Shown: in pieces, positions 6,757-14,676 of the stretch
Layout of the letters: every line of letters begins with the position of its first letter
Numbering within the stretch: position 1 is the stretch's first letter
From: a virus
Length of the DNA: 16,725 bases
IMG/VR virus record: IMGVR_UViG_3300013099_000164
Reading direction: 5' to 3' (one strand)
Made by a program: the position numbers and the translations under genes
Notes under the pieces: model-generated
The model's input: only the letters and a program-made list of their open reading frames with translations
The model's database searches: none
Told to the model about the DNA's origin: nothing

Positions 6757-8517
6757 ATGAAACAACTTTTCTTGTTATTAGCCTTTATAATGTTCGGCAT
6801 TACGATTCAGGCTCAGGAGTGCGGTAGTTATGTAGATCTAGTAGGATCTGGCATTGCCGGAGAAAGTTCTGCTTCCTTAATAATCGATGCAACATCGGTT
6901 GACTCTATTGTAGTAGAGGCCATTTATAAATCTACTACTCAACCATCTGCTGTAAGATTTTGGACCGCTACGGAAGAAGTATTTGTAGAACCAGTCGATG
7001 TTTTAGTTAGTGGACTGTTGGGATCGGTTAATAATGATCCAATTATTGCAAGCGTTTATCGAACAACATTGAGCGCCGCATCGATTGTAAATTTGGATAT
7101 TCTCCAAAACACTCCCGAATTTTTTTCCTTTGCAGCTTACGTATTTTCCCCGAGCCTAGGAATTTCTTCCACGGTCAGCGGGGATTTATATCATGTCTAT
7201 AAGAATGAAGATAACCCATTAGTTACAAACATTCCAATTCCTACTTCAGTAAATTCTCGAAATATTACTATTCGATATGGAATTACTGAATTAAACAATG
7301 ATGAAAGAAAAGCTATATTTACATTCGAAGCAGATGGAACATTGATTGAAAAAGAAGTGTATGCTTGGGATGATGGTATTGGAGAAACAGAATCATATAC
7401 GATTCAAGACGTATTGATTTTGGGTGTTCCTGGAAATGTGGATAAAATTATAATGACCCAAATTTCTCATAATTATGATCATGATGGAACTGGAAGAGGT
7501 GATTCTTGGATTGGAGGAAGAGTAATTGCTGATATTCCATGTGAAAAAGAAAAGAAAGATTCTGCCCTGTTTTGTACATATACTCAAGGGTTTTATGGAA
7601 ATAAAGGAGGGAAAACCTGCTTAGGCGAAACAACTCCAGAAATAATTGCAAGGCTATTAGCCACTGATTTAGTATTAGGTTTAGGAAATAATACTTTTAC
7701 TATATCAGCTGGTAATGTAGATGATGTACTGGGTATTCTTCCAGGTGGTGGACCTTCAGCAGTTCTAAATGGACACGCTACTTATGCTAATCCAGTAGGA
7801 TTGAACATGAAAAAAGGAAAACTAAAGAACACACTATTGGCTCAATCCATTACGTTTGCTCTTAACCTTAGGAATAATCCTGATATGCTTTTATTTAAAC
7901 TCGACCCTTTTACTACTCAGTTTCCGATGGATTGTTCTAGCATAGAAGCTGGGGGAATTCCTGGAAGCGAAAAAGAATTTAAGTTCTCTCAAGCTATTGT
8001 GGATTATCTTGGAGATGATGCAACAATAGGAGATCTGCTAGATCTTGTTAATTTGGCTCTTTCGGGTGGAGACATCGGTACATTATCATTAAGTAATGTC
8101 TCTGATGCTGCAACCCTTGTAAATGAGGCATTTGATGAATGTGTATACGTTACAGTTGAAGCAGAGGAAGAAATACCAGAAGTAGCTCCAGTAGTAGAAG
8201 TCATAGAGGAGGATGAAGGTACTGAAGAAGATGGTGGAACAAAAGGAACAACTGGAATAAATGATATTGAAGCAGGTTCTTTTAGTTTATACCCAAATCC
8301 TGTAGGCGATCAGATGTTTATAAATCTTTCACCTGAAATTAGAAATGTTAAAACTATTTCAATGTATAACGTAACAGGAGCAACTGAAAAGATTTTAACT
8401 GATAATTTTAATGCTAATTCAATACAAATCGATGTATCTGATTTAAATGAAGGAATGTATTTTCTAAGAATAGATGCAGACACCGGAACTGTGGTAAGAC
8501 GCTTTACCGTAAACTAA
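6757..8517 (+). CDS. Secreted T9SS substrate: signal peptide, large Ser/Thr/Gly-rich body, acidic linker and C-terminal Por/T9SS sorting domain
   Basis: N-terminal signal MKQLFLLLAFIMFGITIQAQ. The C-terminal ~80 aa (SFSLYPNPVGDQMFINL...GMYFLRIDADTGTVVRRFTVN) matches the TIGR04183/Por_Secre_tail pattern (LYPNP, GxYxxR, K/R-rich end). The EEEIPEVAPVVEVIEEDEGTEEDGG linker sits just before the CTD. Confidence 0.8.
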   Translation: MKQLFLLLAFIMFGITIQAQECGSYVDLVGSGIAGESSASLIIDATSVDSIVVEAIYKSTTQPSAVRFWTATEEVFVEPVDVLVSGLLGSVNNDPIIASVYRTTLSAASIVNLDILQNTPEFFSFAAYVFSPSLGISSTVSGDLYHVYKNEDNPLVTNIPIPTSVNSRNITIRYGITELNNDERKAIFTFEADGTLIEKEVYAWDDGIGETESYTIQDVLILGVPGNVDKIIMTQISHNYDHDGTGRGDSWIGGRVIADIPCEKEKKDSALFCTYTQGFYGNKGGKTCLGETTPEIIARLLATDLVLGLGNNTFTISAGNVDDVLGILPGGGPSAVLNGHATYANPVGLNMKKGKLKNTLLAQSITFALNLRNNPDMLLFKLDPFTTQFPMDCSSIEAGGIPGSEKEFKFSQAIVDYLGDDATIGDLLDLVNLALSGGDIGTLSLSNVSDAATLVNEAFDECVYVTVEAEEEIPEVAPVVEVIEEDEGTEEDGGTKGTTGINDIEAGSFSLYPNPVGDQMFINLSPEIRNVKTISMYNVTGATEKILTDNFNANSIQIDVSDLNEGMYFLRIDADTGTVVRRFTVN

Positions 8518-8523
8518 AATTAT

Positions 8524-8925
8524 ATGAAAAACGTATTTGTAATAGACATACACAGTGTATTAGACGTGGTGACAAACAGTTCTTCAGAATTGTTTGTTAT
8601 CTCAGACGATACTACAGTCACAGCGGTAGAAGATTTACTTAGATATTTAGTAGACACTTGGAATGAGATGGCTGATAAAGGTGTGTTCGGAAAATGGCAT
8701 CAAGAAAGAGAAACAGTTAAATATGAAAACTGCATGTCTGTACGCTTAATGGATCCAAGCGATGTTGAGCATGATGAGCATGAAAAAAGATATAATTGGG
8801 GCTATGAAGTAGAAGAAAATGTGGGGAAAATTATTATTGAAAGTACTACCGATAATTCAATTCCATGGGAAATCATTGAATGGATTGAATCTGCATTTAG
8901 TGCAAAACGGTGGCATTTAGGTTAA
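8524..8925 (+). CDS. Acidic hypothetical protein, paralogue 1 of a tandem three-gene family
   Basis: Its N-terminal motif VIDIHSVLDVVTNSSSELFVISDD is shared with the next two genes. Confidence 0.6.
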   Translation: MKNVFVIDIHSVLDVVTNSSSELFVISDDTTVTAVEDLLRYLVDTWNEMADKGVFGKWHQERETVKYENCMSVRLMDPSDVEHDEHEKRYNWGYEVEENVGKIIIESTTDNSIPWEIIEWIESAFSAKRWHLG

Positions 8926-8944
8926 ACAATTAAAAAATATAAAA

Positions 8945-9382
8945 ATGAAAATTCCAATTCACTCAACAACTGATTTAATTACTAATTCTTCAACAGTAAT
9001 TTTCACATACAGTGAAAGTTCAGAAGGAGCAGTCGTTTCAATGATCGATGAAATGTTTAAAGCGTTTGGCATTGATAAGAAATGCGAAGATGTTTTTGAC
9101 ACAGTAGTATTAACTGAAAAGTACAAGTATAATGAGACTGAAGATTTAATTCCTGAGGGTGTAGATGGCGATGCTGTCGAAAAACTCTATGATGATGTCA
9201 AATCCGGGAAGGTTCAAAAGCCAGATTGGTTTAATGATATCGAAAGTCACGAAGGATCGTGGGATTACTATACTCCTAGTACTTATCTGCATCTTATTCC
9301 TAAGAAGCCAGAATACGAGAAATTAGCAAGCTTAGTTAAAAACTTTTTATATTCAACAGACCATGAAGCGACAAGAGATTAA
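8945..9382 (+). CDS. Acidic hypothetical protein, paralogue 2 of the tandem family
   Basis: IPIHSTTDLITNSSTVIFTYSE, CEDVFDTVVL, GKVQKPDWFNDIE and STYLHLIPKKPEYEKLASLVKNFLYSTDHE align with paralogue 3. Confidence 0.6.
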   Translation: MKIPIHSTTDLITNSSTVIFTYSESSEGAVVSMIDEMFKAFGIDKKCEDVFDTVVLTEKYKYNETEDLIPEGVDGDAVEKLYDDVKSGKVQKPDWFNDIESHEGSWDYYTPSTYLHLIPKKPEYEKLASLVKNFLYSTDHEATRD

Positions 9383-9854
9383 AATACCGTTCCATTCGAT
9401 GATTGATTTGATCACGAATTCTTCAACAGAAATTTTCATTAATAGCTCAAAGTCTATTGAGCCGGCTAAAGAACTTTTAAGCGAGTTGCTAAAACTTGCA
9501 GGATCATATAAGACTTGCGATGAAGTTTTCGAAGTAAGTTTAACAATGGACACTGACTATTTAGTAGATATTCTCAGAGATCAAATGGAAAATTATGATG
9601 AGGAGAATTATATCAAATTAGGCCTTGATGATCTTGCCTACACAAAATCTTATGAAGTTGTAGAACAATATGTTAACGATGTAATGAAAGGAAAGATAGA
9701 AAAACCAAAGTATTTTGAAGAGATGATAGATGATATGGAAATTGGTATCAGTACATATCTGCATGTAGTTTCAAAGGATTCTAAGTATGATCATTTCTTA
9801 GAAATTCTTGAGAAGCTTTTATATTCACCAGATTATGAAGAAGGTTCCTGCTAA
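9363..9854 (+). CDS. Acidic hypothetical protein, paralogue 3 of the tandem family
   Basis: IPFHSMIDLITNSSTEIFINSS, CDEVFEVSLT, GKIEKPKYFEEMID and STYLHVVSKDSKYDHFLEILEKLLYSPDYEE are shared with paralogue 2. It overlaps paralogue 2 by 20 nt. Confidence 0.6.
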   Translation: MKRQEIKIPFHSMIDLITNSSTEIFINSSKSIEPAKELLSELLKLAGSYKTCDEVFEVSLTMDTDYLVDILRDQMENYDEENYIKLGLDDLAYTKSYEVVEQYVNDVMKGKIEKPKYFEEMIDDMEIGISTYLHVVSKDSKYDHFLEILEKLLYSPDYEEGSC

Positions 9855-9855
9855 T

Positions 9856-10734
9856 ATGATTAAAACAAGAATCTTTCCAGAACATAACTACAAAGGGATC
9901 CATATTAATGGCAAGACTATACGTATTGCTCTAGACCCTAAGAAGCCCATTAGTGAACTACAGTGGCCCGAGTTCTATGATGTAAAGGTAACACCTTACT
10001 GTAAGGGTAATTGCCCATATTGTTATCAAGATAGCCTCTCTACTGTACAACATCCTGATAATATAGTTGAGAAATTTGAATCATTCTTCTCACCTATGAC
10101 AAAGAATCAGAAGCCATTCCAAATTGCCTTTGGAGGTGGTGAACCTACTACACATCCAGATTTTTCTAAACTCATGAAAGTTTGTTATGATATGGACATT
10201 GCTCCGAATTATACGACAAACGGGATGTGGGTTAAAGCAGAAAATCAAGATGAAATCATGGAAACCACAAAAAAATATTGTGGTGGAGTAGCAGTTTCAA
10301 CTCATCCTCATCTAGAAAAATACTGGAAAGCAGCCACTGATGCTTATTTAGAAGAGGGAGTATTTACTAACTTGCATATTATTATAGGGGGGAAGGGATC
10401 TATCGATGATTTCGTAGAAATCTATAAAGAATATCATGGAAGAGTTAAGTATTTTGTGTTGCTTCCGTTAACAGCTCAGGGACGTGCAAATGAATCTTTT
10501 GTTGATTGGGAATATTTTCAAGAATCAGTAGATGGCAGTCCAGCCGACATTGCATTTGGAGCTAACTTCTATCCATTTTTATGCTCAACACCTTCCAGAT
10601 TTAAAGTATCATTGTACGAGCCGGAGATAATGAGCAAATATTTATCTTTAGAAGATATGTCTATTTATAAATCAAGTTTTAGTGAAGAAAAGATTCAAAT
10701 TAAAAATGAAAAGTGGGAAAAAGTATCTGCTTAA
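9856..10734 (+). CDS. Radical SAM enzyme of unknown specificity
   Basis: CKGNCPYC is a CxxxCxxC 4Fe-4S cluster motif. FGGGEPTTHPDF is the GGE SAM-binding motif, and a TNG strand motif follows. I chose ATG 9856, 1 nt after the stop of paralogue 3, over the overlapping track start at 9808. Confidence 0.8.
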   Translation: MIKTRIFPEHNYKGIHINGKTIRIALDPKKPISELQWPEFYDVKVTPYCKGNCPYCYQDSLSTVQHPDNIVEKFESFFSPMTKNQKPFQIAFGGGEPTTHPDFSKLMKVCYDMDIAPNYTTNGMWVKAENQDEIMETTKKYCGGVAVSTHPHLEKYWKAATDAYLEEGVFTNLHIIIGGKGSIDDFVEIYKEYHGRVKYFVLLPLTAQGRANESFVDWEYFQESVDGSPADIAFGANFYPFLCSTPSRFKVSLYEPEIMSKYLSLEDMSIYKSSFSEEKIQIKNEKWEKVSA

Positions 10735-10757
10735 CTAGATTTCTTGAATATATATTC

Positions 10758-10883
10758 ATGAAAAAGTTTAATTATACTTATATAACTACTAATTTAAAAA
10801 ATGGAAAGAAATATGTCGGGGATCATTCAACAGATATGGAGCTTAAAACTTTTTACAAACTCGGATATATAAACTATAAATGA
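10758..10883 (+). pseudogene. Truncated GIY-YIG endonuclease remnant (N-terminal motif only, 41 aa, then TGA and TAG)
   Basis: NYTYITTNLKNGKKYVGDHS matches the GIY-x10-YIG motif (compare I-TevI GIYQIKNTLNNKVYVGSA). No continuation is found in any frame, and a 128-nt untranslated gap follows. Confidence 0.35.
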
Positions 10884-11011
10884 TAGAAATTATGAAAGAC
10901 GTATTTGGATAGATTAATCAAAAATTAGTTATTATCACCAGGAGAAACTTAAACCCTGGTTATCAAGCTGTTCATAAAAATCATAAATATATAAATAAAT
11001 CAGTTATTTAT

Positions 11012-11653
11012 ATGAATCATCAAAGAGTTTATGACTCTATAATCCAAAAAGCAAAATCCGAAAATAGAAAAAAGAATGGAGAGGTTTATTATGAAACTCA
11101 TCACATCTTACCCCGTTCTATGAATGGAGGAGACGAAGAAAATAATTTAGTGTTATTGACGGCAAAAGAGCACTTTGTTAGTCATAAATTATTACTATTC
11201 ATACATCCATTAAATGAATCCATGAAGCATGCATTTCACATGATGTGTTATTCAAAAAATGGAGACTATATACCATCAGGTAAAGATTTTGAATACGCGC
11301 GTATTTTAATAAGTAATTCACTGAAAGAATCTTACCAAGGTGAGAATAATCCCATGTATGGCAAAAAACATTCTAAGGAAGCAATTCAAAAAATTGGGTT
11401 AAAGAGTAAAGGAAGACGTCACTCTAAAAAATCAAAAGAAAAAATGGCGTTAAGTAAAATAGGAAAAAATAATCCTATGTATGATCAACCTGGATATTTC
11501 ACAGGTCTTACTCGTTCTGATAAAACTAAACAAAAAATAAGTGAAAGTCTTAAAATGGTTCTTAAAAAAGAATGTGAATATTGTCATAGGTTTATATCCC
11601 CTAGTAACTATAATAGACATACAGATAAATGTAAATTAAAAAATATATCATGA
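11012..11653 (+). CDS. HNH homing endonuclease with two NUMOD3 DNA-binding repeats and a C-terminal CxC...H Zn motif
   Basis: HNH core ETHHILPRSMNGGDEENNLVLLTAKEHFVSHKLL. NUMOD3 repeats NPMYGKKHSKEAIQKIG and KKSKEKMALSKIGKNNPMY. The TGA stop overlaps the next gene's ATG (ATGA). Confidence 0.85.
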   Translation: MNHQRVYDSIIQKAKSENRKKNGEVYYETHHILPRSMNGGDEENNLVLLTAKEHFVSHKLLLFIHPLNESMKHAFHMMCYSKNGDYIPSGKDFEYARILISNSLKESYQGENNPMYGKKHSKEAIQKIGLKSKGRRHSKKSKEKMALSKIGKNNPMYDQPGYFTGLTRSDKTKQKISESLKMVLKKECEYCHRFISPSNYNRHTDKCKLKNIS

Positions 11654-11994
11654 CATAGATTAAACTATACATTATAACACGAAGAGATTTGTTACCCGGA
11701 GTACAAATGTTACAAGCTGCCCATGCCGGGATAGATTTTCAACACCAACACCCAGAAATTGCAAAGCAATGGAATAATGAGTCAAATTATCTTATTATCT
11801 TGTCAGTTGAGAATGAAGAACAGCTATTATTGTATTTAGAGAAATTTAAGTACTACAATCTTAAAACAACAATCTTTAGAGAACCAGACATTGGCAATGA
11901 AATAACTGCTATAGTAGTAGAACCCAGTCAAAAAACGAAAAAACTAACTAGCAAATTACCACTTGCTTTAAAGGAAATTAACCATGGCAATTGA
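11650..11994 (+). CDS. PTH2-family peptidyl-tRNA hydrolase; the full-length reading needs translation of an in-frame TAG at codon 3 (11656-11658)
   Basis: Translation from ATG 11650 gives M-T-(TAG)-IKLYIITRRDLLPGVQMLQAAHAG.... This aligns with the PTH2 N-terminus ([27 protein letters not shown] in archaea, [25 protein letters not shown] in humans), and the downstream core (QW...II-SVENEEQL...PD-G-EITAIVVEP) is also conserved. If TAG is not translated, only truncated starts are possible (TTG 11689 or ATG 11707) and both lose the conserved first beta-strand. Confidence 0.6.
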
Positions 11995-12403
11995 GATCGA
12001 GGTCGGGAAACCCCTTAAAAAAATACAATATCAGAACGAATTCAAAGTTCTTGTTAAATTTAGATATAGTGACGCATCTGAAGTAGTTATGGTAGATGCT
12101 GCAGATATGTTTCAACTAAAGAAATTTATTAAAATGTTGGATGATTGCTTAGACGCATATCCAGAAGGAAAGGGTGTGTTAGATACGTACAACCATGTCG
12201 AGAATTTCTGGTTATATGTTGAAACTTATGACTCTTTGAGTCATGAACAACAAGCACAACTTGATGAAATGGCAGAGGGTGCAGAAATTTATCTAGAATG
12301 GCGAATTGATCCAGATGAAGGAGATCAGCACCAGATTGATAGTTACACATTAACATTTTTTGATAGTAACGGAATTGAAAGAGAAGTAGAAATAAAAAAA
12401 TAA
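11984..12403 (+). CDS. Acidic hypothetical protein (139 aa)
   Basis: The ATG overlaps the end of the PTH2 gene. Confidence 0.55.
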   Translation: MAIEIEVGKPLKKIQYQNEFKVLVKFRYSDASEVVMVDAADMFQLKKFIKMLDDCLDAYPEGKGVLDTYNHVENFWLYVETYDSLSHEQQAQLDEMAEGAEIYLEWRIDPDEGDQHQIDSYTLTFFDSNGIEREVEIKK

Positions 12404-12510
12404 AAGCTATGAAAACACATTGGTAGGTACGTCCTAGGGGTCCATAAGTTTATTTTTGTTACAGAAAGTATATTAACAGTAATCAAATTTAAACAAAAAT
12501 AAACAATATT

Positions 12511-12849
12511 ATGGAAACAATAGAAAAAATATATGACGTAAGAAAATTTAAAGCAGAAATTAAAGTAGCTGCAGGATATCAGAAATTCTTAAAAAATCAA
12601 AGAAAAACTGTAAAACTTGTAGGTAAAAGAGAACTTGAGCCTTGGATGGCAACAATGAAACATTATCATAATCGTCAAGATTTAGCTGCAATGTATGTAG
12701 CTTATGGAGTAATGAGAGGCAAAGATTTAGACGAACAAATGAAAGCTCATATCTCAAAAAGAAATGAGTATGCTATGAGTTCTGCAAAAGAAAAAGTAGA
12801 AAAATTGCTTAGTAAATACAAATTAGAAAAAGTAGAAGAATCAGCGTAA
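12511..12849 (+). CDS. Hypothetical protein (112 aa, Lys-rich)
   Basis: ATG start. A TATTTTTG (TAnnTTTG-like) box lies about 55 nt upstream. Confidence 0.55.
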   Translation: METIEKIYDVRKFKAEIKVAAGYQKFLKNQRKTVKLVGKRELEPWMATMKHYHNRQDLAAMYVAYGVMRGKDLDEQMKAHISKRNEYAMSSAKEKVEKLLSKYKLEKVEESA

Positions 12850-12888
12850 TCGGTCTTAGAGGGGGTGGACTTTAAATGACTCCCTTCT

Positions 12889-12961
12889 GTCCGATTAGCT
12901 CAGTTGGCGGAGCGCTGGATTCTAGACCCGGAGGTCGTCGGTTCGATCCCGACATCGGACG
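12889..12961 (+). tRNA. Amber suppressor tRNA, anticodon CUA (Sup-CTA); 73 nt, no encoded CCA
   Basis: The cloverleaf is canonical. Acceptor GTCCGAT/ATCGGAC is 7 perfect bp. D-arm GCTC-AGTTGGCG-GAGC. Anticodon arm CTGGA-TTCTAGA-CCCGG has U33 and anticodon C34-U35-A36 at 12922-12924, G37, and an A31-C39 mismatch at the stem base. Variable loop AGGTC. T-arm GTCGG-TTCGATC-CCGAC. Discriminator G73. Confidence 0.8.
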
Positions 12962-12974
12962 CAAAATTTAGAAT

Positions 12975-13310
12975 ATGAGAAAATTATTAGTAGTCTTATT
13001 TGCCTTTCTTTTATTACAATCTTGTGATGAATTTTATTACGGGCAGGGCTACGTATTCATTCAAAATAAAACAGAAAGTCCTATATGGTGCGATGTTACA
13101 TATAACTTAGGAGGAGAGAATGATCCTAAATTTTTATACCATAATGCAGAATATGGTTATCAAATGAATTATGGAGATATTTATGTAAACGTTTCAATAG
13201 ACGGGCAGCTTTGGTATTTTCATGAAGCATTTTTAGAAATTGGAGAGAATTTAAAAGTCATTGTTATACTCACGGACGGAGAAATAGATTTAGATATTAA
13301 ACATTATTGA
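12975..13310 (+). CDS. Lipoprotein (lipobox LLQSC)
   Basis: N-terminus MRKLLVVLFAFLLLQSC. Confidence 0.6.
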   Translation: MRKLLVVLFAFLLLQSCDEFYYGQGYVFIQNKTESPIWCDVTYNLGGENDPKFLYHNAEYGYQMNYGDIYVNVSIDGQLWYFHEAFLEIGENLKVIVILTDGEIDLDIKHY

Positions 13311-13312
13311 TT

Positions 13313-13720
13313 ATGAAAAATAGAACAACCGAACAACTTCTTATTGAAAATATGTCTAAGAGGAGGTATGAATTATTCGGGGTGGATTATAATGAGCGTC
13401 CCGATGGAGAGGAGATGCCGGTTAAAGTTGAAAAAGAAATTGATGATCTAGCAGATAAAATTCTTAATTGCATCAAAACTTATCACTATTCCCTTCCGTT
13501 TGAATTTGTTTTTGAAGAGCTTACAAAACTTGGATGGGCGCCGTGTCTTCTTTATGATGATGATGGACATTTTGCTATTTCCGGAGATGGAATGCAATCT
13601 ATTCCAATGGATTCACTACAAGAGACTGGTTCTGATTGGATATCTCACCACATAGTAGCGGGTGGGTGGTTTCCTACAATCAGACAAGCATTAGAACATT
13701 ACTTAAATGAAGAATATTGA
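13313..13720 (+). CDS. Hypothetical protein (135 aa)
   Basis: I preferred ATG 13313 to the track's TTG 13307, which overlaps the previous stop. Confidence 0.5.
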   Translation: MKNRTTEQLLIENMSKRRYELFGVDYNERPDGEEMPVKVEKEIDDLADKILNCIKTYHYSLPFEFVFEELTKLGWAPCLLYDDDGHFAISGDGMQSIPMDSLQETGSDWISHHIVAGGWFPTIRQALEHYLNEEY

Positions 13721-13721
13721 T

Positions 13722-13955
13722 ATGAAATACAACAAAACAGAACAGAAAATTATCGACAAATTAGAGTTAGGAGAACATGACGAAGAGATTACTAACCCAT
13801 TTAGTAAAGCAACAGTAGTCTTGCCACCGCTTGGTGTAGCTCTGTATGACTTAATAACGGGTTCTGAGATAACAGGCCGATATAAAGACTTTGATAACGC
13901 TCGCTATCTTTTCTCTAAGCTCTATCCCGAAGCATATATGATATTAATAGACTAA
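13722..13955 (+). CDS. Hypothetical protein (77 aa; alternative start ATG 13707 overlaps the upstream gene by 14 nt)
   Basis: ATG at 13722, one nt after the upstream TGA. Confidence 0.45.
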   Translation: MKYNKTEQKIIDKLELGEHDEEITNPFSKATVVLPPLGVALYDLITGSEITGRYKDFDNARYLFSKLYPEAYMILID

Positions 13956-13965
13956 ACAAACAAAA

Positions 13966-14631
13966 ATGAAAAAATACGGATCAAAGGACATAGATAGAAT
14001 GCAATCGCTCCAGGAAAAATCCTACGGCGATTATATGTCAGAACTAAATTTTGCGTTTAACATGTCTTCAGCAATTACCGAACCAGGGAAAGCTATGGCA
14101 AGAGGATACGCAGCCCAAGAAATATTTGGGGAGCATGCTGCAATTGCTCAAGTATTCTTTGAAAGGGCATTTAACTTAGGAGGTAAAGATGTGAAGCCAG
14201 AAGCGTCTGTTAATACTTTTGAAGATGCAGATTCAGAATTTGAAAACATTCCAATTAATGAACAACCTGCATCACGAAGAAAAGATGCTAAAGTTCTTAA
14301 TGGTAACGTATCCCGGAGAACGCCCTGGGCAAATTTAGTGTCCCTGGGAAAATTAAATATCATAAAGGGAACAGGACCACAATTCAAATTATATGATTAT
14401 CCATCTGGAACTGTAGAAGTCTGGGAAGATATTAGTTTAACTATAAAGGGAAGGTATCGTCTTATTTACACTTCACATTATGAGTCAGTTTATTTTATTG
14501 ATGAATTGAGAAAATTCAAGTATGCAGATAAATTAGTTGAATGGAAGTTGGTGGATTATATTGAATCTGAATTTGTAGCTAATTTAGCTCCAGTGTATGG
14601 AAAATCTATAATGATTTTTAACTACGATTGA
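13966..14631 (+). CDS. Hypothetical protein (221 aa)
   Basis: Long ORF with an ATG start. No recognisable motif. Confidence 0.6.
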   Translation: MKKYGSKDIDRMQSLQEKSYGDYMSELNFAFNMSSAITEPGKAMARGYAAQEIFGEHAAIAQVFFERAFNLGGKDVKPEASVNTFEDADSEFENIPINEQPASRRKDAKVLNGNVSRRTPWANLVSLGKLNIIKGTGPQFKLYDYPSGTVEVWEDISLTIKGRYRLIYTSHYESVYFIDELRKFKYADKLVEWKLVDYIESEFVANLAPVYGKSIMIFNYD

Positions 14632-14676
14632 GATTAAAACTTTCTTATTTATAACTCATATAAATAACTAAAAGAT

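Noticed and set aside
9808-9855. Upstream start of the radical SAM ORF at 9808
   Set aside because: It would overlap paralogue 3 by 47 nt. ATG 9856 sits 1 nt after that gene's stop and gives an N-terminus (MIKTRIF...) without the odd extension.
11689-11994. PTH2 gene starting at TTG 11689 or ATG 11707, with no recoding
   Set aside because: It is not fully rejected, but the translated upstream segment (IKLYIITRRDL) matches the conserved PTH2 N-terminal strand too well to be chance. There is also a coupled ATG at 11650, so the TAG-readthrough model is preferred.
12915-12931. Alternative anticodon assignments for the tRNA at 12889-12961 (for example UCU with loop ATTCTAG)
   Set aside because: Shifting the loop by one nucleotide destroys the anticodon stem (G-G and C-C clashes). 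Only the register that gives CUA keeps 4 of 5 pairs and a 7-nt loop with U33.
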